This document shows positions 1-10,585 of a DNA stretch of 64,000 bases, one piece after another (position 1 is the stretch's first letter; the number at the start of each line of letters is the position of its first letter). The position numbers were made by a program, and so were the translations under genes. Source of the DNA: Cyanophyceae cyanobacterium. Lineage in GTDB: Bacteria; Cyanobacteriota; Cyanobacteriia; Cyanobacteriales; JBHJGN01. The DNA is taken from assembly GCA_050331735.1 (NCBI GenBank), contig JBHJGN010000011.1:192001-256000 (forward strand), read 5' to 3'. Under the pieces are notes generated by a model. It did no database searches, had not been told where the DNA came from, and saw nothing but the letters and a program-made list of their open reading frames with translations.

Positions 1-1530
1 AAAGCTGAACTGCTCGGTAAATCCTAGGCGACGACCCACCTCAGCGAAAATTTCCCAGTCAGCCTTGGCCTCTCCAGGGCGAGGGCGGAACTGAGGACAG
101 AGAGTAACAAAGCGCTCAGAATTAGTCATGGTCCCGGTTTTCTCGCTCCACTGCGCCGCTGGCAGCAGGATGTGGGCGTAGTCAGCGGTTTCTGTGGGGT
201 AATAGGCATCTTGATACACCGTCAGCGGAGAGCGCAACAGCGCGGCCTTGGTGCGCTCCAAATCCGGCATACTAACGGCGGGGTTGGTGGCAGCAATCCA
301 CAATAGACCCACTTCTCTCTGTTCTAACCCGGTAATCATGCTCCAGGCATCGCGTCCAGCCTGGGGCGCAATGGTTCCGGGCTGTAATCCCCAAAGCTGC
401 TCGACTTCGGCGCGATGCTGAGGATTTTTGACGACGCGGTAGCCGGGAAGGATGTGCGAGAGACCTCCGGCTTCTCGTCCCCCCATCGCGTTTGGTTGCC
501 CGGTCAGAGAAAAGGGTCCGGCCCCGGGTTTACCGATATTTCCCGTCATCAAATGGAGGTTAATGATGGTGCGAACTTTCGCCGTTCCCTCAGAAGACTG
601 GTTAACGCCCATCGACCACAGGGACAGCACTCGTTCCGACTCTCCCCACCAGCGCGCTGCCTGTTCCAGCTCATCGATGCGAATGCCGCATTTGCGGGCC
701 ACCAATTCCGGGGAATAGTGCTGAATTACCCCAGCATAGTCGGAAAACCCGGCGGTACACTCATCGATGAAGAACGTATCTAGCTGGCGCGATCGCATTA
801 ATAGATGAGCGATGCCGTTGAGGAGATCGATATCGGTTCCGGGATGAATGGCCAAATGCAGATCGGCGGCTTCTGCTGTTTCGGTGCGACGCGGGTCGAC
901 AACGATCATCTTCACCTTGCGGTTCTTTTTATGATGCTTGCGGAGGCGATTAAAAACGATCGGATGACATTCGGCAGTATTCGTGCCAATTAAAAAGGCG
1001 CAATCGGTGAGTTCGAGGTCTTCGTAGCAGCAGGGTGGACCATCGGAGCCAAAGCTCTGGATGTAGCCTGCGACCGCTGAGGACATGCACAGACGCGAGT
1101 TGGCATCAAAGTTGTTCGTTCCTAAACAGCCTTTGAGGAGCTTTTGAGCAGTATAGTAGTCTTCGGTTTGAAACTGACCCGACCCGTACAGGCAAATCCC
1201 GTCTGGTCCTTGAAGGGCGCGAACGGTTTGAATGCGGTTGACAATGCGATTCAAGGCTTCATCCCAACTGACGCGGCGAAACGGGTCCGACAAGGACTCC
1301 CGCAGCAGCGGATACTTGAGGCGGTTTTTGTCCAAAGACTCAGCAATCGTGGCTCCCTTAACGCAGACCATTCCCTGGCTAGAAGGATGAGCGCGATCGC
1401 CTCTCACTTTCCAAACCGGTCGCCCTTGGCTGTTTCGGTGAACCGCCTGTCCGGGCTGGGCAGGGGGGAGTACTTCCAAGCCGCAACCGACGCCGCAGTA
1501 GGGGCATAAAGTTTTCGCCGAGTCTGTCAT
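1..1530 (-). CDS. narB: Ferredoxin-dependent assimilatory nitrate reductase (3' end lies outside the window)
   Basis: Hand translation from ATG at 1530 gives [20 protein letters not shown]...[10 protein letters not shown], the Mo-bis-MGD 4Fe-4S motif. The same frame reads [13 protein letters not shown] at the window edge. Not in the ORF track because it runs off the end. Confidence 0.92.
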   Translation of the reverse strand, partial: MTDSAKTLCPYCGVGCGLEVLPPAQPGQAVHRNSQGRPVWKVRGDRAHPSSQGMVCVKGATIAESLDKNRLKYPLLRESLSDPFRRVSWDEALNRIVNRIQTVRALQGPDGICLYGSGQFQTEDYYTAQKLLKGCLGTNNFDANSRLCMSSAVAGYIQSFGSDGPPCCYEDLELTDCAFLIGTNTAECHPIVFNRLRKHHKKNRKVKMIVVDPRRTETAEAADLHLAIHPGTDIDLLNGIAHLLMRSRQLDTFFIDECTAGFSDYAGVIQHYSPELVARKCGIRIDELEQAARWWGESERVLSLWSMGVNQSSEGTAKVRTIINLHLMTGNIGKPGAGPFSLTGQPNAMGGREAGGLSHILPGYRVVKNPQHRAEVEQLWGLQPGTIAPQAGRDAWSMITGLEQREVGLLWIAATNPAVSMPDLERTKAALLRSPLTVYQDAYYPTETADYAHILLPAAQWSEKTGTMTNSERFVTLCPQFRPRPGEAKADWEIFAEVGRRLGFTEQFSF

Positions 1531-1875
1531 TCCATGTCTCTCCTATCGCTGCATCTTTCCGTATTGTGAGCATCAGGCACCTAGCACTGGTTGCTCGTCG
1601 TCTCCTTAACCCTGGGTAGCAAGAGCGCCGTTTGCTATTGTAAGTAATTCTCCCTAGCTCATTCTGATGCCAATTTTACTGAATCTCTTCTCATTTAATG
1701 TCCTGGAAGATACGGAATCTAATTCCGTCCGCTCGTGACTGATACTGATAGCGCTAAGGATAGACGAGAACAAGCTGGCTCCCTAGCCCCTCTAGAAAGG
1801 GCTGACCTTAAGATAGACTGATTGTGGTTGGAATCCTGGAACAATAAAAGAAATCAAGTTTTGGTCCTAGCAGTA

Positions 1876-2760
1876 ATGAATTTTAACTTCTTTGATTTGT
1901 TCTGGATATTTTTGGTAATCTCCTCTCTACAACCCCTGTGGCAGCGCCGTCAAACAGAATCTCGTCGCGTTGGTCTGCTGCGAGAGTTTGAACAAAAGCA
2001 GCAAAGTCGCGCGATTTTATTAATTCATCGCCAAGAATCAATTAGTTTACTAGGCATTCCGTTGTCACGCTATATTTCGATTGAAGATTCTGAGCAGGTG
2101 CTGCGGGCTATTCGCCTCACTCCTGACAACGTTCCCATCGATCTGATTTTGCATACTCCTGGGGGCTTGGTGCTGGCAACCGAACAAATTGCGCGAGCCT
2201 TGGTGCGCCACCCGTCGAAAGTTACCGTTTATGTGCCCCACTACGCCATGAGTGGCGGGACGATGTTAGCGCTAGCCGCCGATGAAATCGTTATGGATGC
2301 CAACGCGGTTCTAGGTCCGGTCGATCCGCAGTTAGGCAATATGGCCGCCGCCAGCATTCTCCAAGTCCTGGAACAAAAGTCTGTTGATAAAATCGACGAT
2401 GAGACGCTGATCATGGCAGATTTAGCCGGAAAAGCTATGAATCAGGTCCAGCGTTTTGTGCGGACGTTGCTTAAAGATGATGTCCCGCAAACGAAAGTCG
2501 CCCCAGAAAATATCGAAAAAATTGTTGATGCTCTTACCAGTGGCAAAATCACCCACGACTGCCCGATTACCGTCGAAGAAGCGACAGAACTCGGCTTACC
2601 AATTTCGGTGGGGCTACCAAAGACGATCTATCAACTGATGGAACTCTATCCTCAGCCTCAAGGAGGTCGTCCATCGGTCCAGTATATCCCGATGCCTTAC
2701 AAACCTTATCCATCGTTGCCCGAATCGAAAGGGAGACCTGTCCCCGATACAGGAAGTTAA
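1876..2760 (+). CDS. SDH-family ClpP/crotonase-fold serine peptidase (DUF114) with N-terminal membrane anchor
   Basis: Motifs ILHTPGG, YAMSGGTMLALAADEI and THDCPI. ATG at 1876 preferred over the TTG/GTG-type extension. Confidence 0.85.
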   Translation: MNFNFFDLFWIFLVISSLQPLWQRRQTESRRVGLLREFEQKQQSRAILLIHRQESISLLGIPLSRYISIEDSEQVLRAIRLTPDNVPIDLILHTPGGLVLATEQIARALVRHPSKVTVYVPHYAMSGGTMLALAADEIVMDANAVLGPVDPQLGNMAAASILQVLEQKSVDKIDDETLIMADLAGKAMNQVQRFVRTLLKDDVPQTKVAPENIEKIVDALTSGKITHDCPITVEEATELGLPISVGLPKTIYQLMELYPQPQGGRPSVQYIPMPYKPYPSLPESKGRPVPDTGS

Positions 2761-2776
2761 ATTAAGCTTTCTGTGG

Positions 2777-3418
2777 CTAAACCTCTCGTTGGGCAATGAC
2801 GGCATAGAACGGATCGCTACCGCCAACGCCAAGCATCTGTAGAAAAGTGGGCACTGAAGATGGATGAGTAACCGCCTCTGGTTCGCTAAATCCAGGTACA
2901 GAACGGAAGTAGGTTTTAACGAGTTCAACTCGACTGGCTTCTGTGCCGTCTCTCCAGGCGGCGATCGCTTTTTCGTAGAACATGCGGTTGGAGAAGCTGA
3001 TGATAGCAATGCCTCCAGGTTTAAGGATGCGGTGAATCTCGGGAAAAATCGCTTCTGGGTACTGCAAGTACTGTATCGATACGGCGTTGAGAACGGCATC
3101 AAAATCCTGGTCGGCTAGCGGTAGCTGGGGATGAGTGTTTAAGTTTTGGACAAAGTAGTGGTCTAGCTGGGGATTTTTGGCCAACTCCTCTTCGTTCATG
3201 CCGTGTCCCTCGACATGGTCAAATTCCATCTCTGGCAGATGAGACACCCAGCTACTCATCATGTCGAAGATGCGAGTGTAGGGGCGCAGTCTTTCTTGAT
3301 AGAGATTGGTGAGTTGGTCGATAAACCCATCGTCAACGTGAGTGACAAATCGAGGGAAAGAATAAAAGTGGGCATCTTCAGTTGAGTCTAGCTTGTTGCG
3401 TTGCTCTGGTCGCAGCAT
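2777..3418 (-). CDS. Class I SAM-dependent methyltransferase (type 11-like)
   Basis: PRFVTHVDD, DMMSSWVSHLP, FDAVLNAVSIQYL, LKPGG. Confidence 0.85.
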   Translation of the reverse strand: MLRPEQRNKLDSTEDAHFYSFPRFVTHVDDGFIDQLTNLYQERLRPYTRIFDMMSSWVSHLPEMEFDHVEGHGMNEEELAKNPQLDHYFVQNLNTHPQLPLADQDFDAVLNAVSIQYLQYPEAIFPEIHRILKPGGIAIISFSNRMFYEKAIAAWRDGTEASRVELVKTYFRSVPGFSEPEAVTHPSSVPTFLQMLGVGGSDPFYAVIAQREV

Positions 3419-3499
3419 GATTGTTTCAGCAGGAGGAACTTCTTTAGTGTAAAAAATTTAGGGAGTCGTTATTAGCTCTCGCTAACAGCTAATCGCTTT

Positions 3500-4918
3500 C
3501 TACGGTAGCCATACCGGATGAAACCCTGCTACTAGCTCTTCTGGGACAATTTCTTCAGGAGCAAAGGCTGGAAAATCGTTAAGCGGTAATTGCCAAATCA
3601 GACCGGCTGCGATCGCCTGACCCTGCTGGGTAATCGGGAAGCGATCTCTACTCGGCGGACTTGTCGCTACCTGATCGAACAGCAGAGAAATCCTGTCTGG
3701 AGAAATGCTCAACTGCACGTCCTGATAAGTTGGTAGAGCGAGTAAAGGAACCTCGGCGTTGGTTTCTACCTTAATCGCGGCTAAGTATGGTTCTTCTCGG
3801 TATTGTCCCCGATCTTCAATAAGCTCGGTTTTGAGGCAAAACAGAGTTTCTGGCGACTTAAAGCGACAGTCGATTATTGGGCCCACCGTGCGGAACAGTT
3901 CTCGGTCTTCCTCCGCTGAGATGATAAACAGCGATCGCGTATAGTCGGGGTTGTACTTGACTAGCAGCTTGTGAGTCCCATCAGCAGAAAATGCTAAAAT
4001 TCTGCTGTACCCCGGATAAAACTGCGATGAGCCTCCCTCGTCTATAGGAATTAGCGCGATGCCTGTACTTTGTTCAACGGCGACGGTATGGCCGTCTGGG
4101 GCAATGACAAAATTTTCTGCTGGAATGCCCAGCGGTCTGGGCGTTCCGTCTGCCGATACAATCCATAAACCTGACTCCGCTGGATTCTGCCGATTGACTC
4201 TTTGCACCACCATCGTTTTCCCGTCTTCTGCCACATCAAATTTGACATTTTGGTAACTCTGTGCGTCGAGCAGAAGATGAATTCTGCCGCTGGGCTGAGG
4301 GGTAGCATTGGCCTCTAATCCAGTGGTGACGGTGTAAAGCTGTTGTTGAGAAAAGCCTTGTTCATCGTAGCGTTCGTAGGCAGAAAAGAGCAGGCGATCA
4401 CGACTACCGTAAATCGCCACATCGGTCACGACGAGGTCGGCTGGAGTAAGCACACTTTTTTGCTCTTGAGTAAGATTGTAGAGAATCAGCCGTCCTTGTT
4501 CGGCTTCATCCACTCCAATGTAGGCCAAGAGGCGATCGCGGGTAGGAACATTCCTCACAAAGGAGATTTCTTCGTCTTGAAATGAACCTTGCAGACTCAC
4601 TTGATAAGCTGTGCCGTAAATAGGAGGTTCGGCAAGAGTATAAACCAAAGCGCGATCGTTACTGCTCAAGGTTCCCGGAAGCGCTGGTTCTATCTGCACG
4701 TCTAGGAACTCGGGATCGATGGGACCATTAAAAGCGAGGGTCAATTGTTGGTCCTCTGCGCCAAGGGTTTGCTCTGCCCAGCTAAAGGATGTAACGTGAA
4801 GCGGAGTGCGATCGCCGTTCACCCAAACGGCAGCGCTCAGCGCACCAATAATCGCCATCGCGCCCACAGCCACCAGATCGAAGCGGCTAATTTGCCCTTT
4901 CTTTTTAGTCTGCGCCAT
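3500..4918 (-). CDS. Membrane-anchored periplasmic protein with Ig-like (Big_5-like) domain and TolB-like beta-propeller
   Basis: N-terminal hydrophobic segment, LTLAFNGPID Ig-like motif, repeated (I/F)SPDG/SADG/APDG blade motifs. Confidence 0.65.
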   Translation of the reverse strand: MAQTKKKGQISRFDLVAVGAMAIIGALSAAVWVNGDRTPLHVTSFSWAEQTLGAEDQQLTLAFNGPIDPEFLDVQIEPALPGTLSSNDRALVYTLAEPPIYGTAYQVSLQGSFQDEEISFVRNVPTRDRLLAYIGVDEAEQGRLILYNLTQEQKSVLTPADLVVTDVAIYGSRDRLLFSAYERYDEQGFSQQQLYTVTTGLEANATPQPSGRIHLLLDAQSYQNVKFDVAEDGKTMVVQRVNRQNPAESGLWIVSADGTPRPLGIPAENFVIAPDGHTVAVEQSTGIALIPIDEGGSSQFYPGYSRILAFSADGTHKLLVKYNPDYTRSLFIISAEEDRELFRTVGPIIDCRFKSPETLFCLKTELIEDRGQYREEPYLAAIKVETNAEVPLLALPTYQDVQLSISPDRISLLFDQVATSPPSRDRFPITQQGQAIAAGLIWQLPLNDFPAFAPEEIVPEELVAGFHPVWLP

Positions 4919-5388
4919 CGATAGGTTTCCACTTTATGATGAGCTAATCTATTCTACTCTTCGTATTGCTTCAACCTTTACTCGGCATTGTGTCCCAGCA
5001 GGTTTTAAAAAGAGCCGTTCACATCAGCAAAAATTTCTTTGTCTCATTAGATAATCCGAACAGGCGATCACGGCGAGGGTCATAGGACTCCAAATCCATT
5101 CCAATTTTTGATATCTGTCAACCGTAGCTCAAATCCCATTATCTAAGCATGTTATTTCCCCTTCGTTCCCATAGCAACAGGCAAATTGGTTCTGACTGAG
5201 TAGCACGATACGAGTACAAAGTCTCGAAGGGCAGCAACAGTGACGACATGGTAGAGTACAGCGTTGAGCTGACGACAAATAAGTAGAGAAACTCTCATCG
5301 AGTTGTTTGCCGCCTTTCAGCCGTGTCTCAGATTAAATTAATAAAGTACCTCAAAGTCAGCTAATTATAATTTAGTCCCAGGAACTCT

Positions 5389-6816
5389 ATGGTATTGGCT
5401 TTAACATGGACACTGCTGTTCGGCTATGGCTTGTTTGTCTACCGCATTGTTCAGAAAACGACGCCAGAGCGCGTTTCAGCATCAGGATTTTTTCAAGGAG
5501 AATCAGCGCAGGGAAAAGCCCCCGGGCTGTGGCTGCTGATGTCGAGTGCGGCGATCTCCTGGATTTTTGCGAAATCTATTGACAACGCAGCCAGTCTAGC
5601 CTACGCGTTTGGCATTGCTGGAGGGGTAGGCTACGCAATTTACTATCTTAGCTTCATGACCGCTGCGATCGCCATTTACTACCTCCGGGTGAGAGGCGGG
5701 TACACATCTTTACCGAGTTTTCTAGTCGATAAATATGGCGCGACCTGTGCCAAGCTGTTTCTGGTGGCGATCGCTATTCGTCTGTTTAACGAAGTGTGGT
5801 CAAATACGAAAGTCTTCTCGCTCTATTTTGGTCCGGAAGGCAGTCCTGGTTACTGGTTGGCGGCGATTCTCGTCACCGGGTTCACCGTTTACTACACGCT
5901 ACTAGGAGGACTGCGCAGCAGCTTGCTGACAGACGGAGTGCAGATGCTGCTGGCGGCAGTGTTGCTGGTGATTATTCTCGTCGTCCTCAGTCCTGGTCTG
6001 CTTCAGCAAGGCTTCCCTACCGTTGAACCGGAAACTCAGGCCGCCGGAATCACGTTCTGTGGCTTGGCGCTAGTACAAATCCTCAGCTATCCGTTCCACG
6101 ATCCGGTGCTGACTGATCGCGCTTTTATTACCTCTCCTCGAAAGATGGTGCGCGGTTTTGTGCTGGCAGGACTGCTCAGCGGCGGCTTCATTTTACTGTT
6201 TAGTCTTGTTGGTCTCTATGCTCTCCGTTTCGGCGTTGAAGGCAAACCAACGCTGGCTGTGCCTGTGCTGTTTGGCTTGCCGCTACTGCTGGTGTTCAAC
6301 GCCATTATGCTGACCAGCGCTGGCTCGACCTTAGATTCTACCTTTTCTAGTACGGCTAAACTATCGGCGCGAGACTGGTCCAACCGGCGCGGCCAGCCGA
6401 CCGAGTCCCAGGCGCTTACCGGACGCTGGGCGATGATGGCGATCGCCGTTCTCGGTAATTTGCCTTTGTTGAGCATTTATCTGGGTGATAGAATCGGTCC
6501 TGCGATTATTCTCGCCACGACGATTAGCGGCACGATGGTGATGGGTCTGGCTCCGATCTTCTTACTGGCCTTCATGCGCTCGGCAGGGCGGTTAAGCTTT
6601 CACCTGGCTTTCTGGCCTGGTTTAATCATTGGCATCCTCCGAGTCCTAGAAAATGCTCTGCAAACCGAGATTTTCCCGGCTTGTCTGGCTCTCGGTACCG
6701 GCAAATATGCCACCGACCTAGGCGTTAACGTTTATGGTTTGATGTTGTGTATCATTGGTTATCTGATCGGGAGCGTTGTTAATAGCAAGCAGTATCCCGA
6801 AGCGGAAAAAAACTAG
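5389..6816 (+). CDS. Sodium:solute symporter (SSS family)
   Basis: About 12-13 hydrophobic segments, YTLLGGLRSSLLTDGVQ signature, SAGSTLDS motif. AGGA Shine-Dalgarno upstream. Confidence 0.85.
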   Translation: MVLALTWTLLFGYGLFVYRIVQKTTPERVSASGFFQGESAQGKAPGLWLLMSSAAISWIFAKSIDNAASLAYAFGIAGGVGYAIYYLSFMTAAIAIYYLRVRGGYTSLPSFLVDKYGATCAKLFLVAIAIRLFNEVWSNTKVFSLYFGPEGSPGYWLAAILVTGFTVYYTLLGGLRSSLLTDGVQMLLAAVLLVIILVVLSPGLLQQGFPTVEPETQAAGITFCGLALVQILSYPFHDPVLTDRAFITSPRKMVRGFVLAGLLSGGFILLFSLVGLYALRFGVEGKPTLAVPVLFGLPLLLVFNAIMLTSAGSTLDSTFSSTAKLSARDWSNRRGQPTESQALTGRWAMMAIAVLGNLPLLSIYLGDRIGPAIILATTISGTMVMGLAPIFLLAFMRSAGRLSFHLAFWPGLIIGILRVLENALQTEIFPACLALGTGKYATDLGVNVYGLMLCIIGYLIGSVVNSKQYPEAEKN

Positions 6817-6905
6817 GAGGAAAGCCACTTCATTAGCAGGGGCGGAAGATTGTTGATGGCTGATTAAATTGCTCTTAGCTAAATGATTGCCATTGACCAT
6901 CAACC

Positions 6906-8876
6906 ATGAACAATGAACAATTGACTAACCGAATTCCTAACCAGCGGTGGCAAATTGCCCCTCCAAGTCAAGACGTAGAGACACTGGCACAGAGGACAGG
7001 CTTTTTGCCGCTGATCGCTCAGGTGATGATGAATCGAGGCATTGCTAGCGTACAGGAGGCGATCGCCTACATTAAACCAGAATCGGAGTATCTGCCCAAC
7101 CCGCTCGCGGAGTTTCCTGACCTGGCCCTCAGCGTTGAATTACTAGTAGAGGCGATCGCCACTGACGATAAAATTGCGATCTGCGGCGACTACGATGCTG
7201 ATGGCATGACCAGTACGGCTTTGCTGCTGCGGGCTTTGAATCATCTCGGGGCAGCGGTCGAGTATGCCATTCCTAGCCGCATGAAAGACGGCTACGGCAT
7301 CAACTGTCGCATCGTCGAAGAGTTTGCTCAAGCGGGAGTCGGCATTATTCTCACCGTAGACAACGGAATTTCTGCTACTGAACCGATCACGAGAGCGGTC
7401 GAGCAAGGCATGATCGTCATTTTGACCGATCACCACGACCCGCCAGAGCATTTACCGCCTGCTCACGCCATTCTCAATCCCAAACTCATTGACCCGACTT
7501 CTCCCTATTGCGGATTGGCTGGAGTGGGCGTAGCCTACATTTTAGCCCTCGCCACAGCCAGGAAATTTGGGCAAGAGCAGGCTGTGGCAAACCAACTTCT
7601 AGAGCTGTTTACTCTCGGCACGATTGCCGATCTCGCGCCGCTGGTGGGGGTAAACCGCCGCTGGCTCAAAAAAGGGTTGCGTCAGCTTCCCCAGTCTCAG
7701 CTAGAGGGCGTACAGGCGCTGATGCAGGTGGCCGGAGTCAGCGACGAACAAAAGCAGGTGCAGCCGGACGATATTGGGTTTCGCCTTGGACCGAGAATTA
7801 ACGCCGTCGGACGCATTGCCGATCCGCAGGTAGTGATCGAACTGCTGACAACGACAGAGCCAGGAATAGCCTTAGAACGGGCCATGCAGTGCGAGCAAAT
7901 TAATCGCACCCGTCAGCAGTTATGCGCTGAGATCGAGCAAGAAGCGGTGGCTCTTGTAGAAAATGCGCCCATCCCCTGGAAACAGCAGCGCGTATTAGTT
8001 GTTGTTTGCTCCGGCTGGCATCACGGCGTGATTGGAATTGTGGCCTCTCGCTTAGTTGAACGCTACGGTGTGCCGGTATTTATCGGTACCTATGAGGATG
8101 CCGACTCTATCCGCGGCTCTGCTAGAGGAATCCAGGAATTTAATGTGTTTGCCGCTCTAGATTTTTGTGGAGAGCTACTGACTAAATACGGGGGTCATAA
8201 AGCGGCGGGTGGCTTCAGTTGTCCGGCAGCTCATTTAGCGACTTTGACACAAAAACTGAGTCAGTTTGCCCATCAGTGCCTTCAGCCCCAACACCTCAAA
8301 CCTCTTGTTAAAATTGATGCTCAAGCTGATTTTCCTCAGCTTAATCTTGCTCTGTACCGAGAGATTGAATCTTTGCAGCCTTGGGGCATTGGCAACGAAT
8401 TTCCGGTGTTTTGGACCGCCAACGTGCGGGTCTTAGAGCAGCGCATCGTTGGCAAGAATCATCTTAAGCTTACTTTGATGTCAGACGACGGTGAGCAGGT
8501 GATTCGAGCGATCGCCTGGCGCTGGGGCGAGTATTTTCCGCTTCCTACTCCCCTCGATATTGCCTACAAGCTCCGGGAAAACTTCTGGAACGGCAACGCT
8601 AGCGTTGAGCTAGAATTAGTGGGAGCGCGACCTCGCTTTGAACCTCATCACGCTGAGTTTCTGTACCGAGGTCATGTCTATACCTGTACTCTGCGGCAGT
8701 CTCGCTTGAAAATTAATAATGCTCAAGGTCAAGTTCTCGCCATCGAGCAAGGACAAAAAAAAGGCATCTTAGCCGATCAACAACGGACCACAGCAGTAGA
8801 TGTCACTCAGGCTCACTATTACGAATTAATTAAGAGGGCGCTGGCTGCTTTAACAGATATGAAGAATGAAAGCTAG
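6906..8876 (+). CDS. recJ: ssDNA-specific exonuclease RecJ
   Basis: GDYDADG, TVDNG, TDHH, GTIAD, GSARG, YGGHKAAGG (DHH/DHHA1 motifs). Confidence 0.95.
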   Translation: MNNEQLTNRIPNQRWQIAPPSQDVETLAQRTGFLPLIAQVMMNRGIASVQEAIAYIKPESEYLPNPLAEFPDLALSVELLVEAIATDDKIAICGDYDADGMTSTALLLRALNHLGAAVEYAIPSRMKDGYGINCRIVEEFAQAGVGIILTVDNGISATEPITRAVEQGMIVILTDHHDPPEHLPPAHAILNPKLIDPTSPYCGLAGVGVAYILALATARKFGQEQAVANQLLELFTLGTIADLAPLVGVNRRWLKKGLRQLPQSQLEGVQALMQVAGVSDEQKQVQPDDIGFRLGPRINAVGRIADPQVVIELLTTTEPGIALERAMQCEQINRTRQQLCAEIEQEAVALVENAPIPWKQQRVLVVVCSGWHHGVIGIVASRLVERYGVPVFIGTYEDADSIRGSARGIQEFNVFAALDFCGELLTKYGGHKAAGGFSCPAAHLATLTQKLSQFAHQCLQPQHLKPLVKIDAQADFPQLNLALYREIESLQPWGIGNEFPVFWTANVRVLEQRIVGKNHLKLTLMSDDGEQVIRAIAWRWGEYFPLPTPLDIAYKLRENFWNGNASVELELVGARPRFEPHHAEFLYRGHVYTCTLRQSRLKINNAQGQVLAIEQGQKKGILADQQRTTAVDVTQAHYYELIKRALAALTDMKNES

Positions 8877-8906
8877 AGCGCTTCTTCATTCTTCATCCTC
8901 AGACGC

Positions 8907-9038
8907 TTATAGGTCTCCACCTCGGAGAGCGAGAAGAAAAATTACGATTGGTCCAGAAATCATAATTAAGGCTACCATCGTTAATTGAACAATTGCTTCA
9001 TAGTTAACGTTGTTAACAAGGTTTGTAATAAAATCCAT
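8907..9038 (-). CDS. psb30: Photosystem II reaction centre protein Psb30/Ycf12 (43 aa, not in ORF track)
   Basis: Hand translation MDFITNLVNNVNYEAIVQLTMVALIMISGPIVIFLLALRGGDL*. Confidence 0.93.
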   Translation of the reverse strand: MDFITNLVNNVNYEAIVQLTMVALIMISGPIVIFLLALRGGDL

Positions 9039-9160
9039 CTTCTGTAACTTTACCCCGCAGATAGGACAAATTAATGCAAATCATCATTTTAAATAATACA
9101 GAGGAATGATTCTTTCATCAACTACACAAAAGGTTAGCGCTTGAGGACGGTAAGCTAACG

Positions 9161-9577
9161 ATGGCAACATGGCGCTGCGTTCAGCATTGCGGAGCTTGCT
9201 GTAATCTTGCTCCAGCAGACAGACCCCATTTAGCAGAGTACCTCTCCTCAGCAGAATTGGCTCTTTATCTGAGTATGGTGGGGGAAGATGGCTGGTGCAT
9301 TCATTACGACCCATCTGAACGAAAGTGTCAAATCTACGAACAGCGCCCTCGCTTCTGCCGGGTAGAGCCGAACACATTTCAGCGAATGTACGCCGTGGCG
9401 CTCGAAGAGTTTGAGGACTTTGCCATCGAGTGCTGCTACCAACAGATTGAAGGGGTTTACGCAAAAATAGTCAGGAGATGCAGCGCTACAGTCAAGCTGT
9501 TGGGGATGAGACAAGTAACGGTGACGATCCCGATTAGAGATTTAGTTGCAACGAGGGGTTGCTTTTTGAGAGGATGA
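9161..9577 (+). CDS. YkgJ-family cysteine cluster protein; apparent 1-nt deletion near 9461 (restored ORF would end at 9537)
   Basis: CxxxCGACC and CIHYD..CQIYEQRPRFCR motifs. C-terminus discussed under findings. Confidence 0.85.
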   Translation: MATWRCVQHCGACCNLAPADRPHLAEYLSSAELALYLSMVGEDGWCIHYDPSERKCQIYEQRPRFCRVEPNTFQRMYAVALEEFEDFAIECCYQQIEGVYAKIVRRCSATVKLLGMRQVTVTIPIRDLVATRGCFLRG

Positions 9578-9696
9578 ATAACGAATTGTAAAATCTAATC
9601 TGAGTAGAAACAAATTAGATAGCCAGTAGCGAGTCGAGTCTTTGCTGGGATAAAGCTTAACTGGTTAGCGATCGCCCAATAAGTCCTAGTTTTCCT

Positions 9697-10080
9697 GTGA
9701 CCTTGATAGAGCCATCTTTAAATAAGCCTCGAGAAATCGAATCCTCTCAGTCAATTCCAGCCGCCAACCCGAAGAATTCCTCTCAGGACGAGAAAAAATG
9801 GAGCTTTTGGTCGATTTTTAGCTCTACTTTCTTAACCATATTCTTTGCGGAAATGGGTGACAAGACCCAGCTAGCAACCCTGCTGATTAGCGCTGAATCG
9901 GAATCTCCTGTTGTGGTGTTTACTGGGGCGGCGGTGGCGTTGATTGCGACTAGTTTACTGGGAGTTATTATTGGCTACTGGCTCGCTAAGCGCCTCTCTC
10001 CCCGCCTGCTCGATCTCGCGGTGGCGCTGCTGCTGCTGCTCATATCGGGGTTACTATTGGGAGATGTAGTAACGGGTTAG
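9697..10080 (+). CDS. TMEM165/GDT1 (UPF0016) half-size cation exchanger, Hmx-like
   Basis: AEMGDKTQLA motif, 3 TM segments. Confidence 0.88.
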   Translation: MTLIEPSLNKPREIESSQSIPAANPKNSSQDEKKWSFWSIFSSTFLTIFFAEMGDKTQLATLLISAESESPVVVFTGAAVALIATSLLGVIIGYWLAKRLSPRLLDLAVALLLLLISGLLLGDVVTG

Positions 10081-10097
10081 GAACTAATCAATTAAGT

Positions 10098-10382
10098 ATG
10101 GACTGGCAGCTTCTTGGACTGAGCTTCATCACCGTATTTTTGGCAGAGATTGGGGATAAAAGCCAGCTAGCGGCGATCGCCCTCGGCGGCAATTCTCGTT
10201 CTCCGCGGGCGGTGTTCTTCGGCTCGGTCACGGCGCTAATTCTGGCTAGCTTCATCGGAGTCGTGGCTGGAGGAGGAATGGCTCAGCTATTGCCAACGCG
10301 ACTTCTCAAGGCGCTCGCTGCCCTTGGGTTTCTGTTTTTGGCTCTCAAAATCCTGTGGCCGGAATCGGCAGCAGACGACTAA
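10098..10382 (+). CDS. TMEM165/GDT1 (UPF0016) half-size cation exchanger, second half
   Basis: AEIGDKSQLA motif, 3 TM segments, tandem with the preceding gene. Confidence 0.88.
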   Translation: MDWQLLGLSFITVFLAEIGDKSQLAAIALGGNSRSPRAVFFGSVTALILASFIGVVAGGGMAQLLPTRLLKALAALGFLFLALKILWPESAADD

Positions 10383-10585
10383 AAAGTAATGCTTTTCCTG
10401 CTTGAGCCGATGAATGACTGGTAATGTTTGCTCCGCACAGATTCGCGGCAGGACATTCTGTACCTTAATCGACCAAGGGGAGAGGAAGAAATTTGATGAA
10501 GATACGTCAGAAGAGCGCTCCTTTCCCCATTTCCCTCTCTAAGCTAAGAAGAAATACCTTACTGATTCAAAAACCGCGATCCCCT

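Noticed and set aside
415..1573. Several ORF-track ORFs overlapping narB (415-783, 452-718, 805-993, 1144-1509, 1379-1573)
   Set aside because: Antisense or out-of-frame shadows of narB with no recognisable motifs.
5149..5286. Short + strand frame with an in-frame TGA at 5197 (possible selenocysteine read-through or gene remnant)
   Set aside because: No recognisable protein motif, no convincing SECIS-like hairpin, and too short to distinguish from chance.
5055..5388. Riboswitch upstream of the SSS transporter
   Set aside because: No match by eye to TPP, cobalamin, SAM, guanidine or glutamine riboswitch consensus blocks.
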